A stretch of 64,000 nucleotides of DNA, taken from assembly GCA_051362555.1 (NCBI GenBank), contig CM120641.1:30138401-30202400 (forward strand). The letters run 5' to 3'. The position numbers were made by a program, and so were the translations under genes. Source of the stretch: Lingula anatina (lineage: Eukaryota; Animalia; Brachiopoda). This document shows, in pieces, positions 1-11,444 of the stretch. Every line of letters starts with the position of its first letter. Position 1 is the stretch's first letter. A model generated the notes under the pieces. The model did not search any database. It saw nothing but the letters and a program-made list of their open reading frames with translations, and was not told where the DNA came from.

Positions 1-284
1 GTCAAAAGTAGTAAAAGTAGTAAAATAGCGATGACTGGTGAAGTAGGTCAATTGCCTGTGTTATTCTCCCATACGATTATTGATTTTTTACTAACGTGGA
101 ACATTTTAGGGGGAGGGTGAAGATAGAGTGAGGTCAAATAACCAAAAATATTTGGAATGCCTAGAATAACTGAAAGCAGAATATACTGGAAATTTAAGAA
201 AAGCTAAAAAATAAAATCCATTCAATCAATTTCAGCGAGTACAATTTTAAAGATAGTATGATATCTTTATATTTTATCTGCCTC

Positions 285-540
285 TCCCTAAAATGGCGCT
301 GACCGCGTTAACTCTTCCGCTCCCGGGAAACGCAGAGAATCCAGCGCCCTGTGGCAGCATAAGACCCGACAACGATACCGGATACGTGCACACAGTAGCC
401 GGGGTGGGTTAACCCCCTCCCCTCCCCCAACACACACATTTGCAACCACGTCAGTATTCAGCGGAGAGAGTGTTGTGGACTAACATTTATATACTTTCCC
501 TCAGCTCGCGGAAGACCGTACCTGGGACACTCAGGTAAAC
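285..540 (+). promoter_or_regulatory. CpG-rich promoter/first-exon-like patch with YY1-type motif
   Basis: Local GC/CpG enrichment in an AT-rich background. AAAATGGCG at 290-298, an acceptor-like tttccctcag at 495-504 and a donor-like CAG|GTAAAC at 532-540. Promoter function is inferred. Confidence 0.3.
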
Positions 541-1280
541 TGATTAGAGATGTGGTCAGCAGTGAACTCGATGCAGTGGTCAGTGTCACTGTCAGTGGGT
601 TATATTGATATTATTATATATAAATCTATTTGGTATCAATGCTATGTTTATCTATCATCAGTATCTTTCTGGGTTCAGGCATAGGATTTCTGTCACCGTT
701 TTCTGTTATGTCTAAAAGTTCGCTCTGGGAATCTGTGCAGATAGGATGTAAAAATCAGTGTACGCAGAGGAACAGAAAATATTTTTTCCCTGAACCACTT
801 TTCCATGTTTTGAAATCTACATATTCAGTTCTACGTCGGCAGAACTGTTTACTTTTGAAATGCATTCTTTTATTTCGGTGAAAAAAATAATAAAAATTTT
901 AACCAGTACACTAACACATGTAGCTGTATTCTCACATGCCTGTGGACAGTGTCCAGATAGATAGCCACAGTTAACACCTAATGACAGCATCCAGGTCTTG
1001 GAATAGATGTTATAGTTCGGAACATGTGACATGATTATATTTTAATGTTTTGATGTAAGAATATCATTTTCTTTTCTTCAGTTATCCTACAAATGTACAC
1101 ATATTTTGTTAATCAGAAAAACTTTGATTTCTTTTTACAGAAGACTTAAATTTGATCTTGTTTGATTTATATTTATTGCCTTATCAACAAATATTTGTAA
1201 ATGGAGAAGTTATTTGCTTTTAAAAAATGATATGATTGTTAAGATAAACTTTTTTTTCAAATCTGCTTTATAATTTTCTG

Positions 1281-1368
1281 GAAGTTGACTCTAAATGACA
1301 GCGTTGATGTTTGTGACAAAATGATTGATGCAGATGTGTTGAATCCATTGTTTGCTCTGCAAAAAGAG
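1281..1368 (+). pseudogene. HEATR3: HEATR3-like exon remnant (N-terminal HEAT region)
   Basis: 88-nt segment translating (R)KLTLNDSVDVCDKMIDADVLNPLFALQKE followed by a GT donor. It is collinear with recalled human HEATR3 [30 protein letters not shown]. The expected acceptor reads ttttctg rather than ...ag. Confidence 0.7.
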
Positions 1369-1780
1369 GTAAATTCATATTCCTTATCTAAAAATAATGT
1401 CTTATTTTCAATAAATTGTTATAAATTTTGTAAAAGGTGCTGAAATGTCAAACTTATGATAAAATGTTTATTACAGCATATAAAGTCTTGCACACTGTAG
1501 GCATTTGAAAATTGCCCTAAGTCAATGTTTCAGTCTGTATATCCTTTAAACATCTTTCCTCATTCAGTTCTGATCTTTAAAAGAGGTTGACAGTATAATC
1601 TGATTTAACCCAAAGGTGAATCGAAGTCCCAGTGAACTGTACCGTGGGATATTTTTATTCCTCAAAAGACAATAACGACGAGCGCGCTATACGTCACATG
1701 CAGTACGGTACTGCGCATGCGCTAAGATTTTACCCTTGGAGGGGCAACAAGCGGACATTTTGTTTAGAAGCAGTGTGAAA

Positions 1781-4433
1781 ATGAGTGAAAGCCATACGGT
1801 GATTTTATCAGAAGAAGATGTCCCAGGGGCAAAACTACCAACTCCAAATGTGGAGGAGCATACGAATGTTGTTTTAAAACGATGGTTGGCCTGCCGTGGA
1901 CTTAGAGTGAGCGGGAAAAGAGCAGAATTGATAGCAAGGTACTGTACACGTGAACTACGTAAGATAATGATAATCTTTGTTGCAAAAACAAAATTAAATT
2001 AGCAAATAACTTCTCAAACTATATTATACGAATGTAGATACATAGATTAAACTAGCAACAGTATTCGAACGTGATGACAATAAACAAAAAACTTACAGTG
2101 CACGGTAGTGGGGAGCGGTGTACGGTAGGCTGGGAGCATATACTACCGAAGTAATACACGAAATTTAAAGTAACATGGCAGCATGCTTGTGTTGTTCAAA
2201 GTATGATATAAGAGTTGCTTAAGTTGATACCTTATATTATTTCCAAGGTTGCCCAGTGCATGTCAACTAAATTTTGTAGCAGTTGATCCCCTTGCTCCAA
2301 CATGTTTTTTTTTAAATTATAAGTTGTTCTAGCACAGTGGCTATGTTATTACAATCCCAAGGAAAAACTTCAGTTAAAGTTAAGGATAAAAGCATCATAA
2401 GCACAATAAGCTATCTGATCAAGGATATTTTACTCCAGTTATGTTGATTATGACATGATATCTCTTTTGTCTTGACCTGAAAGCAACATGTCATATGTCT
2501 TAACAAGTGAAAATGTTATAATACAGTTTTTTTTTTAACTTGCAGATGCAAAAATTGTATAGCTGCTGGCAAGGCTGGAGAAATTGATGTGAGTGTGGAT
2601 CAGGGGAAATGGTACCAGAGAAAACTACGTGAACAAAACATTGAAAATGAAGATCCATCATCACAGCAAGAAAACTCCGGAAGTTGGTCTGGGCTTGTAC
2701 CTGAAGCCGTACCACAAGTTTTTAACTATGGCAATATTTACCAGTGGCTGGTTGAGTCGTTACCAAGTTTTGACACCACAGAGAAACCTTTGCGTCGTGG
2801 ATCACAATATGTGCAGTCTGGTTATGTAGGGCAGATTTATTATAAGAGAGACTCCTCCACAGTATACTTCAAAGGAGTTGTTCTTGCATCTATGCGTAAT
2901 GAGAAGTACACAGTGACTGTTATATTGTCTGTTAATAGTGGTGCAGTGAAGGCTGCAAGTTGCCACTGCAAGGCATCTTCTTTGAACAGGTAATTAAAAA
3001 CAGTAATAGGTTTTCAAAGAGTTTATAAACCTTAAACTTTTTTTTAACTATTTCAGTTTTATTGTTTTTTGGTACATAAATTAATTGGTCATCTTATTTT
3101 CATATAAACTTCATCATTTTACATAAATATTTTTTTCGGATACGTTTTTTTATCCTTTTTTGTTCAGTTGTCCGTTAAATACATGAATTGACAGTTTTTT
3201 TTTTTGTATTTCCACATCTTAATAGTTTTATTTGCACCAGTTTCAGATTTATATTTTGTGTTTATATGAAATGAACAAATGATTTTTATTGTTATTAGGT
3301 GTAGTCATGTAGCTGCGCTTCTGATATTCCTGCATGAGAAACCTTCTTGCACTAGTCTACCATGTGCATGGAAGAAAGGTTCTAAGAGGAGGAACCCTTC
3401 AGCCCTACATGAAGCCAGTTACACCTCCTACAAGGTAGTAAGGAATGATGTTATCAATTTTGACCCGCGTCCACCTGGAAGCAAAGTAAGCCGTGAAGAT
3501 CTCAATGCATTCAAGTCCAGTTTGTCATTTGCTAATGCTAACACCGGCACAGTTAGCATGTGGGAAACCCTTCTTACCTATCAATATTTGGATTATGAGC
3601 TCTCCTCTGAAAGGTTGTTGACTTTGAAAGACTTGAAACTTATTCTGCTGCATGATCTTACACCGGAAGGTTGCTGGCCAGTAATGATTGAAGGCACTAA
3701 ATCACAGGCAGATTGTGCAGGATGGTTTCAAGAGAGGTCCCGCAGAATAACAGCATCAGTGGCACATGAAGCAGTGAAGATATGGAAGGCCATCAGTGAG
3801 CAGGGAGTCACTGATGGCATACGCCAGAGAGTATTGAAGTTACTCAGAAAACACATTTGGGGCTTAGATGCCGTCAGCACATACTATATGCAACATGGGT
3901 CTTCCATGGAAAAACAGGCACGGGAAGACTATGCCAGTATTAGCAATGCAAAGGTCAGTGAGTCTGGCCTTTGGGTTGACCCAGCAGTGCCAGAACTTGC
4001 CTGTTCTCCAGACGGACTTGTTTTTGATACTTCATCAGATGACCCTGACGGACTGTTGGAAATTAAAGTTTTGAAGGTGTTTCAGAAGTCTGCCCCAGAA
4101 GATGTAGCAGCCCAGTATGCAAATGGTAGTATAAGCACAAAGGATCTTGCTGGCCAATGCTTCACTATTAATGATAAGGGTGAGATAAAGCTCAGAGAAA
4201 GTCATGCATATTATTATCAGATTCAATTTCAAATGGTAATCACTGGAAGAGAATGGTGTGACTTTGTACTCTGGTCAGCTAAGGGTCAACCTAATGTTCA
4301 GAGAATTTGGAGAGACAATGCTTTTGTAAAAGATATGTTTAAGTCTTGTAGAAATCTTTGGAAGTCAGCTTTTGCCTACGAGATATTTGAAATGAGAGCA
4401 CCTCGAGGGCTGAAACCATTCATAGTGGTTTAG
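1781..4433 (+). CDS. SAP + SWIM zinc finger + YqaJ/lambda-exonuclease-like PD-(D/E)XK nuclease, 3 exons (1781-1938, 2546-2989, 3299-4433), 578 aa
   Basis: GT-AG introns, both phase 2, join into one open frame of 1737 nt. SAP-like [22 protein letters not shown]; [17 protein letters not shown] split by intron 2; YqaJ motifs [27 protein letters not shown]...WCDFVLW. Confidence 0.9.
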
Positions 4434-5310
4434 TGTATTGAAAGAATGTGTGTTAAGTGTATTCTAAAAATGTGTACTGTTGAAATGAGTACTGGTAGTA
4501 AACCATCCTTAGATCTTTGTAAATAATATGCTTTCAGTCCCAGGATACAAACTGATTTAATAGCAAAATAAGGGATGAAATATGTATTTATAGTTGCATT
4601 CAGGTAGAGCAAGTGTTACCCTAGCATTTAAAAAATTCTTTATATAAAATGCAAAAGTCTTTAGGTTTTTTTCTTTTTTTTTCAATATATTCATCAAATC
4701 CGACTAAAATATTAAAATATTTGGAGGGGGAGGGAGACTCGTTTACAACTATTTAATATATGTCATCTAGAACAAACAAACCAAGTTACATGAATGTCCA
4801 AATTTAATAATTCATGAAGAATTCAGGAATGTTGAATGCCAGGTAGAAATATCTTCCATACACATATGTGATATTTTAACCCTTTTATGCATAATGAATT
4901 CCTTGGTGGTCATTGTCTGGATGGTATTTTAATTTTTTGGTACTGTACATCTGTATGTATCTGGAGGGTTTTATTACAGTTGTATTTGCATGTGTCCGAA
5001 AGTAAGCATCATTTTTCATAATAAAATGTTCAGAAAAATATGAGAAGTCATCCAAAGGAATAAACTCATTGTTTTATATATCAAATATGATATCCTTTTA
5101 TTATTTCTTCTAAATAAACAGATAATCAAAACAACTCCAGTTATTATATACAGTTATTGCATAATAGCATTGAAAGGCTGTTTTCATTTAAAATGATGAA
5201 GAATTGCAAATATATATAAGCATCACAGCTTACTTCCTTACTGAAATGTATAAAACGCACCACTGGTATAATAGAAATATTATTATGCTTATGAGTTTTG
5301 TATGTACAGA

Positions 5311-8175
5311 TCACTTAGCTAACTGGTCTTGAAAATTGACCAAGCAGCATACTACAAATACTGACTGGCTGGCTAGTGGAGCCAAACTCAAAGGAATCGT
5401 GCCTGAAATTAATTTAAAGTTCTTCACTCTGCCGTTATATCTTTCAACGTGAATTCGTGCCTTTGCCAATCGTTTAGTCAAAAGTTCTTCCTGGGGAGTG
5501 AGGCTCTCACGGCCGTTTAAAAAAGCTGGCATGTTGACATCAACATGTAATTCTTGTAAAATGTCCTTTACGGTGAATCCACGGTCTACAAGAATCATGT
5601 CACCAGGATTTAGATAATCTAAAATACCACACTTTTTGAAAATTTCCCTGTCACTAATAGACCCTTCAAACAAATGAGAAACGAATACACCAGAACCATT
5701 CGGGGCTACCGCTATGCAACATTTGAAAGTGTGATGATGCTTATAACTAGAGTATAAATTCCCTTGTCGGGCGAAATCTTTCAGCATTTGGACATAAAAT
5801 TCGGTACAGTCCACTGAACATCGGACATTCTGGAAACTTCTAAACGACTTAGGAAGAAATGGCCTCAAGGCGGTCTGCAAACATCTGGGGTCGTAAGTCA
5901 TTAAAATGATGATAAAGAAGTTGAATCCAAGTTGTAAATATTGACCTTATGACTGTCTGTGATAACTTAAAGAAAAAACTCATACTAAAAAAAGAATAAC
6001 CTCTCCTAAGCCGAACCAGTGTCATGAAAAGTTCATCAATGGGTTTGGTCTTTCTTCTGCTAGGTAATTTATTTGTTGATTTGCCGTTCCAGTATGTCAA
6101 ATTATTAACTGCCGGACCGAGGAAAGTAAACAAGGCTAAAAAGTGCAAATACTCCAAACCGGTGAAAAAGAAGAATGTCTTTTTATCATCCTTTATACCA
6201 TCAATTGTCAGCAGAGGAGCGTCTGTCTTATCTTGGAAAGCTTTAGTTGGGGCGACAGTCCGGGCACGAACTAGTTCATTTTTTAGGGCTATGGTCTCAA
6301 TCTTTGCTTGGAGTTCGTATTTCGTGTACACGGTCTGTGCTGAGGCATCTGTGGTCTCCACATCTTTGTTGCAGTTGCATAACAGGTCATCTGTCTGTAC
6401 CCCGAAGCTGCGATACTGAAATGAAAAACTAATTCTTACACAAAGAAGAACAATCAAATGTGTGAATGTTATCTTTTACTTGCTTAAATTTAGAAAGGTG
6501 TTAATATTAAAATAAAATTGGCGCGATGACTAAAAACCGCAGTTGCGTCGTTTTCTTTAAAACAGTGTCATTTTAATTTCATTTATTATGCTGGCGTTAA
6601 GCCATCAACAAAGAAGCAAATTAGAAATCAAACTTTTAAAATAAAAAATTAAATAGCGACTTTGATTCAGCGTAAATCAAGTGACACAGTCAAGTGACAA
6701 GCCCAGCTAACCACCTGCCAGGTAAAGATGACAGCACTGATAACTGGTCTTACACCGCTGTTAGTGTTGGATGGTTTTCTAAGGAAGTTTGCTACTATAG
6801 TACCCATGAAAAGGACTGGCACTAAACAACACAGTTGATAAAATCACAAAAACGATGTTAGAGATTAAATAATACCTGTCGAACGTTGCCTTGTTCAGAT
6901 TCTTGATAAGGCGGATCGTTGAAGGTGTCAATGGCAAAATCTTGGATTTCAGTGGTTTGGCATGTTGACGGATACTGAAATGCATGACAGTGAATAATTC
7001 CTCCGAAAAATAAAACCATTACAAGTGAAAGTGACATTTTTTATGGTCAAAAGCAAGAAAGGTATTTTAATTATTAAAATAATTCCGAACAACAGAAGAT
7101 TGCACAATGCCTAAAAACTGCACTGGAATGTGTTACTCAAAACAGTTTCGTTTTCATTCCATATGTAATTGTGGCGAAAAGCCAGTCACAAATGTGAGTT
7201 TAGGAAATCAAATCAAAATTTCGAAAAAAGCAGGGTTAAATAAGTGAACACATTCAAATGACAAGCCCAGCTAACCACCTGGCAGGTAAAGATGACAGCA
7301 CTGATAACTGGTCTTACACCGCTTTTAGTGTGAGATCGTTATCTGAAAGAGTTTGTCACTAATATTATGAAAAGGGCTACCAGTTAACAACCTAGTTGAT
7401 TAAATAACAAAAACGCCAATAGAAAATTTAGCTTACCTGCAGAGTGATTTCTTGTTCAGATTCTTGACTTGGCAAAGCGTTACTGATCTCAAGAGACAAT
7501 TTATGGATTTCAGGGGTTTGACATGTCGGCGGACGATTTCTGCCCAAATCTAATAAAGCCTCAGCAACCTCTAGTTGCTCATTTTTTGCCAGTTTCTCAG
7601 TATGTCTGAGTTGAAATGTTCTCTGCTTGGGGGCTTTTCTCTGACGGCGGTTTATCTTGGACACCTGTTTGATATGAAATGCATATATCGGTAAAACCAA
7701 CCGGTAGTATTATATTACACCTTTAAAAATTCTCTGAGAAAATTGTTTTATTTTTTATGTCTTTAATAAATATTGCATCGTATTACATTTTGTCCGGATG
7801 TATAATTAAGATGCATTCTTCAAAGTATCGGTAACGGTAGTGTTATTCAGGACTCTACCCGTAAAAACACAGGGCCCTACTGTTTTATGTACTTACTTGT
7901 TCTGGACACGCTCGTGCAGATATCGGATCAGGGTTTTCCTCTGTGGGCCCGTTTCCACCAACAAAATGTTTGCTACACAAGAAGGTGTATTTAGAAACCT
8001 TGTCTATGTTGAACTGCTCCACATGCCTTCCACATAAATGAACCCACCGCTTGCACTTCTCCACATTCGTTTTTGGTTTGGGAAATGGCACGAAAAAAAC
8101 ACCTGCCATATGCGGCCTGTCAGCGTGCCTTGAGTCGCTGTTACAGGTGCCAGAAGCACAATGCTTATGTACCAT
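5311..8175 (-). pseudogene. THAP + HTH + DDE_Tnp_4 (Harbinger/ISL2EU-like) transposase, 4 exons (8175-7897, 7664-7437, 6974-6876, 6415-5311), one frameshift near 5870
   Basis: Exon 1 is a THAP finger (CASGTC...FVPFP...RW...LCSKHF). All introns are GT-AG phase 0. HTH region DELFMTLVRLRRG; catalytic DCTEF, VDRGF, HVER. The frame switches between ...PQMFADR and ALRPFLPKSF. Confidence 0.88.
6693..7532. repeat. Internal diverged tandem duplication (~280 bp; 6693-6975 vs 7258-7532) within the transposase gene
   Basis: TGACAAGCCCAGCTAACCACCTG(C/G)CAGGTAAAGATGACAGCACTGATAACTGGTCTTACACCGCT occurs twice, and the similarity extends into exons 2 and 3. Confidence 0.85.
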
Positions 8176-8986
8176 TGCGGTATAAATACCAAATTCGTGA
8201 ATAAAATGAAAAATAATCACTGTCAAGGGAAATATTTAAAGCACCTGACACCTTCGCCACTGTTGTCTGTATGAGCCGTGTCACTGTGATGCCCGCCTAC
8301 CACTGGCGCCACCTTGCGGAGCCAGCGTGGATAATCCGGGCTGTTACTTTAAATAACCATGTCGCGCGACCTTATTGCAATCTCTCTAGGCTGCTTTGGG
8401 CTCTCATTAACATGTTAATTTCTGGTCGGTGAAATTTTATGAGTTTTTGACAGAAGTGATTGATTTATGATAGTTTTTCATTATCATATAGGGATGGGTT
8501 TGTCTTTGTTTTGCATCTGGCATCACCTTAAAGTGTGTTGTAGTCTCAGTGGACCACCGTGTAACTTTACATGTTGGAAAGGATAGGTGAACCATTGTCT
8601 AGTGTGGTATAAGCATGGTTATCCCTTTATTTACTTGTGCACATTATGGAAAAGTGATTGTGATTTTGCTGGCAAACAAAGTAATATTACATAAAAATTG
8701 ACAACAAACCTGTTTTGTACATTGTTGAATTATTATTATCTGCTTTACATGTATGACAGTATATTTAACAGCTTTGCTGCCTTGTTTTCATAGTGCTTGG
8801 CATTCAGTTAAGCAATGTCATACTTTCTCAAACAAAAATCAAATATCTCATCTTTGAACTTGGTTCTTGCTAATTAAACCTCTGCAGTTCATATATACTA
8901 TTTTAATGTTTGTCATATACGTACATTACACAACATATAATGCAACATACATACAATGAATGGGTCAAAGTTATGAGGGATCGAAG

Positions 8987-9145
8987 AAAATCATTTTGGT
9001 AACTTTACCACCGCATAACACCAGATAGAACTTTGCCTCACATTGGTTTCTCTTGTTGTGTTAAAAGAATGAACATTTAAATAACAATAATTGCTGTTTT
9101 ATAATGGAAAGACATTGGAAATTGTGATTTCAACTATTGCTAACT
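8987..9145 (+). repeat. Paralogue of 17371-17540 containing an unamplified copy of the 46-bp minisatellite monomer
   Basis: AAAATCATTTTGGT(A/C)ACTTTACCACC...CCAGATA is shared, followed by TTGCTGTTTTATAATGGAAAGACATTGGAAATTGTGATTTCAAC. Confidence 0.8.
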
Positions 9146-9244
9146 TGCATTTTTGTTTTAGTTGTGCACTTTCATTGTCAATAAGTTGAAAACTGATAGA
9201 TCTGTTGTCTTCAAACTGGCAGAACATATACACACACACACACT

Positions 9245-9441
9245 TGGCACGGGGTTTAGGGCCCTTCAGAGGGCCCTGAAAAATTCTGGTATTTTAGAGG
9301 GCGAACGGTGCCATGCATTTGGTACAGTTTAGAACTATGATTCAGCTAGTCAAAATTCTAATTTCAAGAGGAGACCAGAAATCGTAAGGGGGGGGGGGGG
9401 GTTCAGGACCCCCCTGGCCCCTCCCTCTAAATCTGCCACTG
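9245..9441. mobile_element. Poly-G hAT-like MITE fragment
   Basis: GC-rich block with a poly-G tract ending in AAATCTGCCACTG (CAGTGGCAGATTT-type end). The other terminus was not found. Confidence 0.4.
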
Positions 9442-10625
9442 TAATATATGCTATACAGATAACACATTTCAAGGAAAATTGGCAGGCTTGTTGTCTTCAA
9501 ACTTGCAGGACTGAAGGACTGATCAATAGTATCAATATACAGGATGAGTCTGGAAATTGGCTTGATGGGACCATTTTTCTAGAATTTATGTGCTTTTTGT
9601 TTTATTTTTCAGCATATAGTATATGGCATAAAGATAACACCTTTCATAAAAACTTATAGGACTGACAAATGTGACTTAGATACAGGTTGGATTTCAAAAC
9701 CAGCTTCATCAGTTTTTTTAAAAGTTATGTTTTTTTTTCAGTATGTATTATTCTTACCAGTACATATATATATACGTAATATGCAATGCAGATACCCTAT
9801 TTCATGGAAAAAAATTGCCTGTCTTTAAACTTTCAATACTGAATATTTTATGACTTTGATACAACTGGCATTTTAAAACCAGTCTGATAGTATACCGGTA
9901 CTTTTTTTTTTTGTTGTAATTAAAGGAGTTTGTGTGTATGTGTGTGTATTTGTGTGTATGGAAAATTCAATTTTTTTTCATCATGGTATTTTCAAAGTAT
10001 GCCTTTGAACTTCAATGGGCCTGAAGACTTTTGCTAGTCTCATTTCTAAATACCTATCATGTGCAGTACAACATTAAAATTGGTGGTGATTATAAGCATT
10101 ATGTATGTAGTATTGCATCTAACTTGAAGAAAACCCTATTTTGGGCACTGCCACAGTAATGGCAATTTAAAGTAATTAAACCAGATACTTACAATTCTCA
10201 AACCTACAGAAAAGAATGGTAGGACTGAAATACAGCTTGTCACCATAAATTAAATAATGATACAGTGTTTACTACTATTGTTTCTAAATACTTCTGTTGA
10301 TTGAAATTACAACAGGAAAATAAGGCCTAGCAGCTGACATAGTATGATACATGATTATAGTGGGTAATTAATTAAGTTTACATTGAGACATCATTCCATG
10401 GCGTTGCAGAGATTACACTTGCACTTAGGTCCTTCCCATTTTTTTAAATCATTGTTTTCACTTCATTCAGACTAACATGAGCTTTTGGGTATTTCGTGGC
10501 TTCGAGGTTAAGCATAATGTTTTTGAAGTGGTTGTGACAATTTCCTTGATAAGTTTAAAACAAGATTTATTTTTTGTTGTGTTACAATAAAGACTTCTCT
10601 GACATCTGTTAATACTATATCATGA

Positions 10626-10852
10626 AAGTATTTAAATAAGGAATGCATACTGAGCTAGATGCAATTGAATAAAAAGTTTGCTGTTATAATATAAAGAGAA
10701 GGGGAGGTGGTGAACAATGCTAATTAACATCTATTAATAGTAAATTAAAGTATATAAATTAGGAGTGCATGCTGAGCTAGATGTAATTGGATAAAAAGTT
10801 TGTTGTTATTATATAAAGAGAAGGGGAGGTGGTGAACCATGCTAATTAACAT
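10626..10852. repeat. Two-copy ~122-bp tandem duplication
   Basis: ...CTGAGCTAGATG...AAAGAGAAGGGGAGGTGGTGAAC...GCTAATTAACAT occurs twice. Confidence 0.85.
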
Positions 10853-11444
10853 TTCATAGCATCTCGGTCATTCCAGAAGAAAGGGTACAATTCCAAAATG
10901 AGAAATGCAGAAATATGAACTTTGCAAAACTGTGAAACTTTTCACAATATTTTAATGAAGAGGTATTCAGATAGAAGCAGAAGAATTTTAACCCAAACCA
11001 TTACTGTATTTCAAGAAATATCCACGTGTAAACATAATACAATAATTTTTCGTTATGGAGGTTAGGTAACATCTAAATTGGGTTATAATTCAATCATTCC
11101 ATAGGTCATAGGTTCCATTTTTTGATTCAGTTGCCAAGATTTTGTATGAATTCAAAAATATTGTTACCAATTTAACATTTCTCTTCAATTATAGAAAATG
11201 TGGTGCAAACACTTTGGTAATAAGTCACATGTTTTCTATAAATACAAAGCCTGAGGTATTCCAATTTAAACAATGATTTTAGAAATCACTGGGAACAGGC
11301 TTTTATATCATACTAGTTGTTTATAAACAAAGTGCTATCCATCTATTGTAATATGAATGTAGATCAATCAGCACAAACATATCCAATGTGCAAATGAAAA
11401 ATAAACAGTTTGGTAATGAAGGTTAGGTCCAAAGCAACAGTATT

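Larger units (their letters stand above)
1674..8373. mobile_element. ISL2EU-type (PIF/Harbinger-ISL2EU-Spy group) DNA transposon, apparently full length
   Basis: Convergent YqaJ nuclease and THAP-DDE transposase genes, the known ISL2EU gene set. Imperfect TIRs AACGACGAGCG (1674) and CGCGCGACCTT (8373), 8/11 match, each flanked by AT (1672-1673, 8374-8375), the TSD described for ISL2EU. Boundaries are less certain than the gene content. Confidence 0.8.

Noticed and set aside
6024-6432. Antisense ORFs over the transposase (also 19684, 20159, 20774, 21929 over gag-pol)
   Set aside because: Shadow frames of real coding sequence.
2165-8352. 11-bp inverted match TTAAAGTAACA / TGTTACTTTAA suggesting Kolobok-type ends
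   Set aside because: The left copy lies in intron 1 of the nuclease gene and would exclude its SAP exon, and the transposase is DDE_Tnp_4-type. The 1674/8373 ends fit better.
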